Shown piece by piece: positions 53,354 to 64,000 of a DNA stretch of 64,000 nt. Every line of letters starts with the position of its first letter. Positions within the stretch are counted from its first letter, which is position 1. The stretch is taken from NCBI GenBank assembly GCA_028534125.1, contig CM052818.1, positions 41,852,001 to 41,916,000 of the forward strand, read 5' to 3'. The translations under genes were made by a program, and so were the position numbers. Below the pieces are notes generated by a model. The model worked only from the letters and a program-made list of their open reading frames with translations, searched no databases and was not told where the DNA came from. Origin of the DNA: Lama glama. Its lineage: Eukaryota.

Positions 53354-54561
53354 CTGCAACCGACAGACACACCAGGAGAGGGTTGGCAAGCGGAGCCGGA
53401 TGGGGTGCGGGGGGAGACAGCAGCGGTCACCCCCCTCTCACCCGGTTCCTCAATCTCTCCTCCAAAGCCCCCCACTCCGCCCAGTGCTCCCGAAGGTGGA
53501 GGAAGTTGTGTCTTCTCGCTCTCTCCCTCCCTCCTTTTGTGTACAAGCTGTCTACGACAGGGGGTGGGAGGGGGCATGCAGATGCGGGGGGTGGTGGCGT
53601 GGCTCTGCAACTTTGGAAACTGCCATTTCATTCACACAAGGCACTGCCTGGGGGAGGGGGCTGTTCCAGGCTGCAGAATTCTAGCTCCCACCAGCTCGCC
53701 GACAACCCCGGTTGCACCCAAGTCCGGCCAGCTGCTCAAAGGAAGCCTGGGGCTCCAACCCGGCTAATAGATATAGGATTTGGAGTACCCTCAATTCCCC
53801 TGTTTGTAAAATTGCAACCTCCAGAGTGCAAGCGATAATGGGGGGGGGACTTTGCAAATGGAAAAATCCTTTCTCTAGACCGAGACCAACAGCAAGCACT
53901 CAAATCCAGAACCCACTACCCCCGATTTTGAGCAGACGTCTCCCGGCATTTACCCGCTGCAGGGAATGTACTGCCAATAGCTGATTTTGAACCTCTCTAA
54001 CCCCACCCCCGCTGTTCCAAACCCCCAACAACGTCCTCTGAAAGGGAGAGGGAAGATCCTGAACCCCAGTCCCTGGGAATGGTTCAGGGGCACCAGCGCG
54101 GGGAGGGTCGCCGGGAGAGCCGCGTCCTCTCTGAGCTGGAACAGCGGTGACCCAGATTACCACCGCGACGGCCTCGCCCTGCTTAACCCTCCTCTTCTTC
54201 CTCTGGGAGAACCCTTTGGAGAAGAACCCAGCTTCGGGGTGGGGACGCACCGGCTCCCCGTCAGCTCAAATGCAGACAAATGTTCTAAGAGAAGGGTGAA
54301 TTTCTTTTCGATGAAGCCATTACAACCCCTGGCAAGGGCAGTAAAAGGATTAGGGCGGGTCTCTCTCAGCTCGGGAGCCTTCGGAACTGGAACTGGCTTT
54401 TCAGGGAAAACCCCGAGATGGTTTTGTTTCGGAAGGAGAAACAGTCCCCCGGGCATTAGTCGGGCGCCCTGTGCGCCAGCCGCGATCGGGTCCAGGGCTT
54501 GCCTTCCCGCCGCGCTCGCAGCTCCCAGGGCGCCGAGCGGTTTGCAACCCCAGCTCCTTAC

Positions 54562-54770
54562 CTCCCGCCGACTGCCGGGGATCCAGAGGCGATCCTGTGC
54601 GGGGTCCCCGGGTGGCCAGGGGGCGGGGGGTGGTCCTCGGGTTGTTGCAGTCTGTGCGCGCTTGCGCCTGGCTAGCGCTAGCTCGGCTCCAACCCAGTTC
54701 CCAGGAGCCCCCCGCATCCACCCAGCGCGTCCAGACAGATGACTGTCACTGGCTGCGCTTTGAAGCTCGG
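54562..54770 (-). other. MYCN: MYCN exon 1 (1a), containing an upstream ATG at 54717; TSS approximate
   Basis: GTCATCTGTCTGGACGCGCTGGGTGGATGCGGGGGGCTCCTGGGAAC matches the recalled mammalian MYCN exon 1. Strong donor GGGAG|GTAAGG (GT at 54561-54560). Confidence 0.85.
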
Positions 54771-54904
54771 GGGATATTATTAACTGAAAAATCTGACACA
54801 CCCGGGGGGCGGGGAGAGAAGGGGGCTGCGGCACAGACAAGGGGGAGGGAGAAAGGCAGAGGAAAGCGGCTTTACCCCGCCCTCTTGATTTCCATAAAAA
54901 TCAG

Positions 54905-54935
54905 GGGAGGCGCCAAGGCTTTCGCGCCAAAAGCC
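54905..54935. promoter_or_regulatory. MYCN promoter E2F sites
   Basis: TTTCGCGCCAAAA at 54920-54932 (overlapping inverted E2F sites) plus an adjacent GGCGCCAAGG, as in the recalled MYCN promoter arrangement. Confidence 0.8.
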
Positions 54936-55065
54936 ACTTGCTTTTCTTCTTTGCAGAGAGGAGGCTGCAAAGCTGGGAAGCCCGGGGCGTGCTCCTCCCG
55001 CCCTTTTAGACCCCCGGGCTTGCACCCGGTGCACTCTGCGAACCAGCTGCGTGCCGAGCGGTGCA

Positions 55066-55412
55066 ATGCAGCACACACCCTGCGGGCCTGGCAATTGCTT
55101 GGCATTTAAATAAATTTTTTTCGGGAGGGCTTCGGGGGTGTCGTTGGGGTTAGGGGGCGATTCAGAGGCTCCTAACCCAGTCCCCGCCTGGACTGCTTGT
55201 GTGTGCGCGGCTGAGCGGGAGAGGAAAGTCCAGCGAGGCCGTGCGGGAGGGGTTGGGGAGGCTGCTTGTGTGTGATCTCGGAAGGGAGGCTGGATCGAGG
55301 GTGCAAAGTGGGAGGGAGAGGACGCGCCTATTTAGGAACGAGACCGCAGGATGTTTCCAGTTTTAAATTGAAAGGAGAGGGGCGCCCCCCTTGTTTGAAA
55401 ATAAATAAATAA
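55066..55412 (+). other. MYCNOS: Non-coding ortholog of the NCYM/MYCNOS ORF region (premature stop and frameshift)
   Basis: Starts MQHTPCGPGNCLAFK-stop (TAA 55111-55113). A different frame ends CKVGGRGRAYLGTRPQDVSSFKLKGEGRPPCLKINK-stop (TAA 55410-55412). Both ends resemble the recalled human NCYM termini. Confidence 0.8.
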
Positions 55413-55754
55413 GTGCGGGCTACGAGGGTGGCGCCGCGGCAGTTTCTCCGGCCGAAGGCGACACCTCGCGGAGACCGAGCAGAAAGCTGAGCTGCAGGGC
55501 CCGGCCTTGGGAGCACGATGTGGGGCCACCCGCCGCCCCCGGCGCACTGTCCCCCCCTTCCCCGCCACGGCGCGGGAGGTGGCAGCTCGGCTCGGCTTCC
55601 GAAGGGAATGCGTGCGAGGCTCCCGAAACTGTCCCCGTGGGCTCCCAAGATAACCTTTGGAAGCCAGCGTTTTCCCCGCGGGATCAGGTTCACGTAGGAA
55701 TTGCGGCCCACACCTCCTGGAGCCCAAACCTCCGCTCCGAAACTTTGGCTTCAA

Positions 55755-55925
55755 AGTGCTGGAGGCAGAGTCAGGCTGCTATCACTACTTAACCTCTGTG
55801 TTCCTCGGTTTCCTCAATTGTGAAATGGAGTTAGTAATGGTGCTTACCTCATAGGGTTGTTTTGAGAAATAGTCTTGAAAGTGCCCAGCACAGGACCTGT
55901 GTTGGGTGTCAGCTATTGTTACTGC
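55755..55925 (+). mobile_element. MIR SINE at the upstream edge of the CpG island
   Basis: ACTTAACCTCTGTGTTCCTCGGTTTCCTCAATTGTGAAATGGAGTTAGTAATGGTGCTTACCTCATAGGGTTG. Confidence 0.75.
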
Positions 55926-58049
55926 CAGATTCTGATGGATTCTTCCGGGGAAGTTAGCATCCAACACCCACACCTCCACCGCGGCTACCAAATCCTCACT
56001 TCACTCTGGTCAAGCTTTCCTGCAAGTGTGTTTGGGGGGTGACACGGTTAGAGATTCTTGCTCTTGTCCCAAAACTCCCCAGGAACAACCCGAGTCTCCT
56101 GGCCTGCTCCCTTCACAACCAAATACACAAGGAAGTGGGATTTTCTCTTGGAAAATGTTCCTTTTGGGTGTTTGGGGTTGGGAGACCTGGCCCCCGGATT
56201 GAGGTGGGAAGGCGTCTCCACCCTGTTTCCCAAACTGGAAATGCCATTCAGCCTCTCCATTCACCTCCACATTCAAACTAGTTGCGGGTGAGGATGCAGA
56301 GGGTCAGGGGGCAGACTGTAAAATGCTCACATATTAGCATTTGTGAAGGTTCTTCCTAGCCCTTGATGCCTACATAATTTGGGGGAGAAGCAGGACCCCA
56401 GAGTCCTAGGAAGTGGCCCATGAAAGAGGATGATCTGCCCTTCCAAACACCTTTATTATTATTATTTCCTTCCCATATGTAAAGCTCTAAACCTTTGCAA
56501 AAGCCCTTAACACCCCCACTTTCTGCTTTTCCCTAACCCCCTAATTTAAACCAAGCCCTCCTGCTGTATTCTCTCCCAAACATCCTGGATTTTCCTTAAG
56601 AACACTTAACCTTCATCTGTAATTATATACGCCCAGGAGAATTTGTTTAATGCCCGCTTTCCCCAGACAACTGTGAGGAAATATGCTGTCTTCCTCACCA
56701 GACCTGTGTCTATTCTGCTCAGGGGAGCATCCTCGGAGCAAAGCAGGTAAGCGTATACAGTGAGGACTCAAGGCAGAGATGGCTTGAATGGGTCCTTCAG
56801 AAGCAGCCAGCTCTTCGAAGGGAGTTTCTGTTTATCAGCAACAGAAGGAAAGAAATGAATGCCACTCTAGGACCTTAAGGTTCTAAAGCAGCAGCCCCAG
56901 GAGGGCACTCAGAATTGCCTGCCCCACCTTTTTTATCAGAACGACTGGAGGATGGTTACAATGGGCCGGGATGTCCCCCTCTCCCCTGTTACACTTAAAA
57001 GTCCTACCTTGTCCTCTCTCACCAGACCCGTGGCCTTCACCACGTCATTCGTCCTCCGTCAGGGGACAAAGTGGGGCAGGAAAAGAACAGACCTGGTTAC
57101 TCTGTATGCCTCCAAGCAAATCATATATTCTTCCTGGACCTCAATCTCTAATCTCCTCCTTTTAATGCAAACTAGTAATTACTGACAGGTCTGAATTTGA
57201 AGTTTAACAGAATGATAAAATTCAACAAGTATTTATTGGTCCTTTCATTTGCAAATGGAGAGATAAAAGACTTTGTCCATGGAGAAAGCTTGCTCCTGCT
57301 GGTTCCTCGTCTGCTTGTAGAGAAACCTGCGAATTGCTCTTAAAATTGTTGAAACACCCTCAGACTATAGGGACACACACGAAATACATCTTTAGATGCC
57401 TTGGAAGACAAGCTCAGCCTGCGTCGACTGTCCTGATTCAGAACAGAGATGAGTGAAGGCTCAGCCTCAATGAGCTTATCATGGGCTGAGGGAGACACAC
57501 CTGAAATAGACCAACATATAGGATTTGGTTTATAAATAAGATTTTTGAGGGAGGAGAATGTTTTAGTCTACAAATCTCTTCTTCATTAAAACAAAAACAA
57601 ACCACATACACACATTCAGAAAGGTCCAACCCATGACTGCCTGGGAGATCAAAAATCTCTCAGTGTTTTTCCCGGATCATGAGTTAAACATCTTCTGGGT
57701 CCAGCTTCAGGGACCACGGTTTCTCCTAGGAATGTTACTGGGTCTCTCCCTGCCGGAAAAAAAAAAAAAAAAGTGTATCTTTGCTGATTAAATGCTTTTT
57801 AAATCCCTGACTCTTCATTTAGAATAAAGTAAAGCTAGCTCTCCAACTTACCCAGTTACTGAGAATTTAATTAATTAACTAATTTTTAAAAACCTAAATT
57901 GAAGAGTTAAGTGGAAAAACTAAGAGGATAAAAGTAAAGAAAATATAGATTGGAGTTCTTTCTAAGACTGGTAGCCCAGAAACATGGAAGGAAAATGTTA
58001 ACATATTAGACGACAATAAAAATTTTAACTTAGAATTATAACAAATCCT

Positions 58050-58620
58050 AAACAGAATCAAAAGACAACAGTGTGATAGAAAAATACCTGCCTCATCTAT
58101 AAGAGACAAAGAGTATATCCCCTGTTCACAAAGAGCTCCTACACATTGACTAGAAAAACAGCCCGTTAGAAATATGGGTCCAGGATAAGAGTAGGTAATT
58201 CACTGAATAGGAAATGCAAATTGTCCATAAACATATGAAAAGATGCTCAGCTTCACTAGTAGTCAGGGAAATGCAAATTAAATCTCTAGGAGATTAACAT
58301 TTTTGGGTCTAGCAGATTGGCCCAAGTGTTGGCAAGGCTGGGAAGGGGGGTGGGGGCCCTCTCCTACACTGTTGGCATTCCAGCCCCCAAAGTGAAGGCA
58401 ATCCCAATTTTCCAAATCCATCCTACAAGAAATAATAAAATAAATACATAAAAATACATAAACAAGAACCTGTGTAGCAGCATTGTCCTCAATAACAAAA
58501 ATGCCGTAAATAATCTAAATGCCTATCCATAAGAAAATGGTTGAATCTATTTTAATATATTCATGCAGTGAAATGATGTTCAACCGCTAAAAATGTGTCA
58601 GATCTCTAGGTATGGACTTG
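58050..58620 (+). mobile_element. Ancient L1ME-type fragment
   Basis: AAACATATGAAAAGATGCTCAGCTTCACTAGTAGTCAGGGAAATGCAAATTAAA, characteristic of the L1 ORF2 3' region. Confidence 0.75.
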
Positions 58621-59503
58621 GAAATATCCATGAGTTTGAAGGGAAATAAGCAAGATCTAGGTCGGCGGACTGCCATGTTGGATATGTGTGCACTTAGATT
58701 TGTCTGCATAAACCCAGCAACAAATTAGGTGGAATGTGCAATTTGTTAATTCTAATTTACTCTGAAGAAGGGAATCACATAGAGGGAGAAACTTTCTCCT
58801 TTATGAGCTATTTTTGAACCAGTGGGATTAAGAGCAAATTAAATTTCTCATTTGGTTATTTTTCAAAACAATATTTTGTTACTTCCCAGGACAGCTAACC
58901 ACTAAGCTGATCATTTGGGGGACGGGAAGGATCCTTTTGAGAAGCCTAAAAGCCTCCCCCAAAGTTCCCCTTTGTTTCCCAGACTGGTTGGCATTCTTTC
59001 AGACCAAACTGGTGCTGAACTGAGTCAGCTGAGAGTGGGTTCAAAGAGGCAAAACGGCACTGGTTTAATTAGGATTAGAATCAGGCCAACCAAAGCCATT
59101 TAAAGGATATGATGGTGGATGAGCCCAAGGCAAGACATTTATTTTTGACTTCTGAGGCTGGAGGAAAATTTGAGATCCAGCATTGAGAGAGTTTTGGGGG
59201 TGGGGAGTTTTGTTGGTAATGGCACAATTATGTTTACAGCAAAAATTATCCTCATTGAATGCCAGTAATTTAATTATAGATTTAGAAAATGAGAAGTGTC
59301 CAGTAGGCTCTGTACTCCCCTCAAAGATTGATTTCGCATCCATTTCCTTCACCATGAAGCTTTCTCTTGGGCTTAGTACATTACAGAGACTTGGGGAAAA
59401 CACGAACATGGGGTGACTGAAAAAGGGCTTGCAAACTGCAAAGGGCTCCGTGGATGGAATATTGCTGCCGTAGAGCTAGACTTCCCATTTACCTGCTTTT
59501 CTT

Positions 59504-59928
59504 TCTTTCTTTTTTTTTAATTTTTTAATTTTTCAGTTTTATTAAGTAGAGCTGTTACAATTTGACTGCAAATATACAATATATTGCATGTAAATACATA
59601 TGTAATATACATATTTAAAAATTTACATATTTGTATTGTTCGTTGTTTCTAAGAACGTTCAGGGCTTTAGCTTTTTAAACTTCCACAGTTACCAAAGGAA
59701 TAAAGGCAACCACAAAATAAGAATTAATTCAAAAAGATACATACACCCTGCTATTAACAGCAACATTATTTATAATTGCCAAGATATGGAAGCGTCCTAA
59801 GTGCACATCAATAGATGAATGGATAAAGAAGATGCGGCAAATATATGTAATGGAATACAACTCACCCATAAGAAAGAAGGACATTTTGTCATTTGTGGCC
59901 CTTCATGCACTTTTTTATTTATTTTTTT
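59504..59928 (-). mobile_element. Retroposed insertion (candidate orphan L1 3' transduction) carrying an oppositely oriented L1 fragment (~59726-59897)
   Basis: Two T tracts (A tails on the minus strand), minus-strand AATAAA at 59543-59538, and a 14/16 direct repeat flanking the segment. Confidence 0.55.
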
Positions 59929-62900
59929 TTTACCTACCTTTCTTGATGCTAAAAGACAAGATGGGGAAAGCTGTCCTGGGAAACAAGCAAGTTGCTCAGG
60001 GCCAGACTCCAGGAGGCGGGGGAGGCAAACACGCTCACTCAGTAGACCTCAAACTTGAATGGGCTGCCCTAGAGGGTTTGCAGGGCGGGGAACCCAGTCT
60101 TGGCGGGAGCAGGTCAAGGCCACAAGAAAGAATTCTGATTCCAGATCTGGCCTTCAAATCCATTTGGCACTGACCCTTAGAAAGAGCAGTACTTCCCGTC
60201 TTCTTTTTCTGGGGCCACTTTCCAGGCTCGAGGATTTAATCTGGTTGGGTGTGTCCAGATATCCTCAGCTGAGGTTTTCAGATCTTCTCTCCTGATGGTT
60301 ACACAACAAATGGCTGGTTTGCCCATTCGTTGATTCTTGCTAATATCAATTTCCTTAAATGCCGGTGACATTCCCTATAGCCCACACCCACCCTAATATC
60401 TGCTGTGGCTGGGGGGCGGGGGCGAAAAGGGTGGTTTCCTTGGGTTTAAATAGTGATTAGTGACATGCCCCACGGCTACTCCTAACCTAGAAAGTCTTTT
60501 TCTTTTCTGCTTCAGATCCTGTCCTCAAAGATCAGCTGGAGACTCTGGTCTTCTTTTCTCCAACCCCACTCTTCCCTCCAAATCTCCGTTAATCCTTGAC
60601 TGCCAGCTAGCGCAATCCAGCTGTGCTCTTTAGCGGGCTCCTGTGTAGGTGTGGCTCTTCTAACAAGATTAGCAGTTCCTAAGTGGCAGGAACCTTCCCC
60701 ACCAACAGAGGGGCCATCGGGCCAGCAAGCTCTGCCAGCTGAGTCAATCCAGAGAGCCACCCCCAGCTTTAATTTCACCATCTTTAAATTAAATTAGCAT
60801 TCTGTGAGGGCTGAGTAGGGGAGCATCTGTAAAGTGCCTAGTTTATAATGGACACACAGTAAGTTTGTTCTCTCTTTGTCCCAGCTCCAGTCTGCCTATG
60901 GCGAATACGACATCGAGACCACAGTACTTGGGTTCCCGGTTGAGCCTTCTGAAGTTGGTCCTCTAATTTTCTGGGACTAGTTAACAATCCTTTCTCCAAC
61001 TGGAACTTCTCCTGGGTGGCTTCCCCTCCCTCTTTTCTTGTCCATGACCCAGGTGACTCTGGACTCGGAGGGTGTTACTGCAAAGTCAAGGTAGTGTAAG
61101 TAGTAATAGTGAGAGCCCAAGATCAAAGGGGAGAGGAGTGGAGTGCTTCCAGCCTAGAGTTGTGAATTAACTGTTGAAGCATCTTACAGTGGTCATTTAA
61201 CTTCTTTTGGTCTCAGTTTCTTGGTTCATTAAATGGGAATAATGAATTCTATCCCTGCTTCTATTCACAAGGTAGAAATTATATCTCTAGAGCAGTGGAC
61301 TTAGATTCAGAAATTAAGTTTAATGTCCTGGTACTATGTAGTTTCCATATCTTAAGCAAGTCTACCTCCAGAGTCTCAGTTTCCCCATTTACAAATAGGA
61401 GTAATAATACCCTTTTTACTACAATAGAGCAAATAAGAGATTTGGAATCAAAATAAAGACATGTACCTTGCATTATTTTATGAACTCTTAGAAACAGTGG
61501 AGGTGAAACTGTGCCTGAAAAATGGTAAAATCTCTACACACAGGAATAGTAGGGGTTCTGTGTGAAATTACTAAAGCAGAGCTGTTTGGGATGGACACTT
61601 TAGAATCATCTTACAAGGCTTATGATGGTCATATTTCCTGGTAAGTGGTATCAAATCCAAAAACCTGTCAAAGGGACAGATGGCATTCTTAGCACAAAAG
61701 AAGAAACCAATTAGAAGTTAAACTACAGAAAATGGGAACTTGTAAATGCTAACAAATTGTTTTCAGTGTGGAAGACTGCTTTATTCCCTGACACTCACTA
61801 AGGAAGGTTTCCGTCTGGTTCGGCAGTGCTCCCAGGGCATTGGCTGTTAGAGTCTAAAGAAATCTTACAGACTCTTTCTTCTAACCCCTTTAATTTCAAA
61901 CTTTCATATACCTAAACCCGAACTGTCAGTCAGATGCTGACAATTTCACCTTGTCACTTACACAGTGACAGACTGTTTCTTTGCAGCTCAGAAATGAGCA
62001 ATTAAATGCTAGGCTTTAAGAAGCAATTTCCAAATACTATACTTGCGGTCATTCAGTCTATCAACAAACACACATATATGACTTAAAACTTGTGCTCTCA
62101 AGGTATATACAAGCCAGTGGGAATGATAGACAAAGACACAGACAGTTCAGTTAAACTTATTGTATGGTATAATATATTGTGCGCACAGAAGGAAGACCCT
62201 TCACCTCCATCTGGAGGAGTGGAACATGACTTCACAAACTGGGAGATTTAGCTATGGGATAAGAAACAGGAGTTTGACCAGGATATAAGATTAGAGAAAT
62301 CGTATTAGTCAGGATGAGTAAAGTTATGCTACAGCAACAAACAATTCCTAAATCTCAGTGGCTTGATATAACAACAGCTTCTTTTGTGCTCCCTTTTCAT
62401 GTTATAGCTACAGCATCCTTACTAGAGTAGTAGCTCTTTATGGGGATAAAGAAACAAATCAAGAACACCTCTATGATTCCCTTTGTTACAACCTCCGACT
62501 GGATTAAGGAGACCTCCAGTTGGATGAAATGGTTTGGGAAAAAGAAAGCAAACTATGGCTGTGTCAAAGAAGCCTCCTGAGCTGAAGATACTGAAAAAAA
62601 GTCTAGAGAGAAAGAGAGGTGTCTTGAAGAGAACTGTGTCTGTGGCTGCAGCTCTTAGGAATCAGACCACTGAAAGATAGAAACCCATCGTCCTTGTGCC
62701 TCTAGGCCCACACTCTTTCCACTCCTCTGCCCACCCTCACCCTGCCCCCACTCCCCCGTGGCCTATAACCTGTACCACTCAGCACCAGATAACCTCTTCA
62801 AGGGCAGGGGGGCGTTTATTAGACCTTTTGATTTTTCATGATGCATAGTTTGTACCTGGCACAAAGGAAGTGCTCAGTAAATATCTGTGGAATGAGCTCT

Positions 62901-63208
62901 GTACGTGCAGAATGTCAGAACCAGCGTCCTCCGGAAAAATCAGGTGACAGACCTGTCATTTTCAAGTTTGATTGTAGCACCAAAACCCTTTATTTAAAAA
63001 TAATAATTAAATAACTTTTATACTAAGCTTGAATTTTTTTTAAATGAGATAAATGTGGAATGGCTCTGGTTGATAGAAGATAAGGGACCCTGAACCCCAC
63101 TTTCTCGGCCTCCTTTTGGCTCCCTCTAGAGGGACCTCTAGGCGTCTTTAGGATTTTCAAACCCAGATCAAAAGTCACATGTTTAGATACATGAAAGTCC
63201 ACACATAA

Positions 63209-63370
63209 CTGGGAAAGATATACATGATCTCGTGGTAGCTCACAGTGAGAAAAAAATGTGACAATGAATATATGTATGTTCGTGTATAACTGAAAAAGTG
63301 TGCTCTACACTGGAATTTGACACAACATTGTAAAATGACTATAACTCAATAAAAAAAAAAAGTTAAAAAA
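63209..63370 (+). mobile_element. 5'-truncated young L1 3' end with a perfect 15-bp TSD
   Basis: ATAACTGAAAAAGTGTGCTCTACACTGG...GACTATAACTCAATAAAAAAA; TSD AAAGTCCACACATAA at 63194-63208 and 63371-63385. Confidence 0.88.
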
Positions 63371-64000
63371 AAAGTCCACACATAAAACCCTAGCACTTTC
63401 TCAAGAAACCAGCCGAAGTTTCTGCCTTTCATCCCTTCCTGCTGTTGAAATCTGCACTTGTCTCCGTTCTCTGGTGAGGGGTTCAGGGCTGTGGCGCGTT
63501 TCGTTTCACGAGGAAGGAATGAAATGATCAGGTGTGAGGGTGACGTGGGCAGTTCTCGCACGCGGAGGGCTGAGAGAAGACACTGGCTCCAGGCTCCTCA
63601 AAACGACACCCCTCCCCACCCTGATCCAGGGGCTGGGGCTCCTTCAGAGACACAGCGCAGCTCAGCAAGGTTCTCACTGCCTCCTGGAGGTGGGAGCCCT
63701 GACAACGTCACCTTTTGTGCAGAACTAGCTTCGGCTCCCAAAGACGATTGTCTTTCTCTCCATCGGATACTCATTTCTCACAGTCCAAGCTTCGGGGGAG
63801 ACTGGGGAGAAGGAAGACAAGGCCCTGCCAGTCAGCTTCTCCCCTCTGCCTCACGAAAGACCCCTGACCCACAAGATTACCAGACAAGAGTGATGATCCC
63901 CTCTGTGAGCACCCCAGAGAGATGGCCTTCCGGTCCATCCCTGCTAATCTGAACCAAGAAGCGCCAGACCCTCAGGGGCCCCGTGGATGCTGTCAGAGGG

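Larger units (their letters stand above)
52440..55750. promoter_or_regulatory. CpG island over the MYCN promoter, exon 1, intron 1 and exon 2 (bidirectional MYCN/MYCNOS region)
   Basis: Visibly high GC and CpG density compared with the flanks; boundaries approximate. Confidence 0.9.

Noticed and set aside
53354..53389. Start of the 323-aa ORF at 53389 ([12 protein letters not shown])
   Set aside because: Non-ATG start lying in the intron 1 polypyrimidine tract, upstream of the acceptor at 53353.
52467..53838. Long + strand ORFs over exon 2 and intron 1 (also 49886-50452 over exon 3)
   Set aside because: Antisense shadows of GC-rich MYCN sequence; no recognisable domains.
53987..54742. 251-aa antisense ORF as a possible NCYM protein
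   Set aside because: TTG start and low-complexity CpG-island composition; the NCYM-like sequence is at 55066-55412 instead.

Overview
Mammalian genomic DNA, most likely camelid (tRNA-derived Vic-1-type SINEs and camelid-type L1 3' ends; inferred, not verified). The only protein-coding gene is MYCN on the minus strand: exon 1 ~54770-54562, exon 2 53353-52453, exon 3 50406-~48882, canonical CDS 461 aa, inside a CpG island with E2F sites and followed by a miRNA-site-rich 3'UTR. The rest is ~49 kb of 3' flank and ~9 kb of 5' flank made of TEs, microsatellites and candidate enhancers. Main observation: the exon-1 upstream ATG, which in human (from memory) starts MYCNOT and delta-MYCN, lies 156 nt (phase 0) from the donor here. 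After splicing it is in frame with N-Myc with no stop, predicting a 552-aa isoform with a 91-aa N-terminal extension, while the MYCNOT and delta-MYCN frames are disconnected. Also found: a disabled ortholog of the NCYM antisense ORF, the MYCN hairpin G-quadruplex, a candidate orphan L1 3' transduction, and three CCAAT boxes spaced exactly 32 bp. All cross-species comparisons and TE family names are from memory, not from searches.
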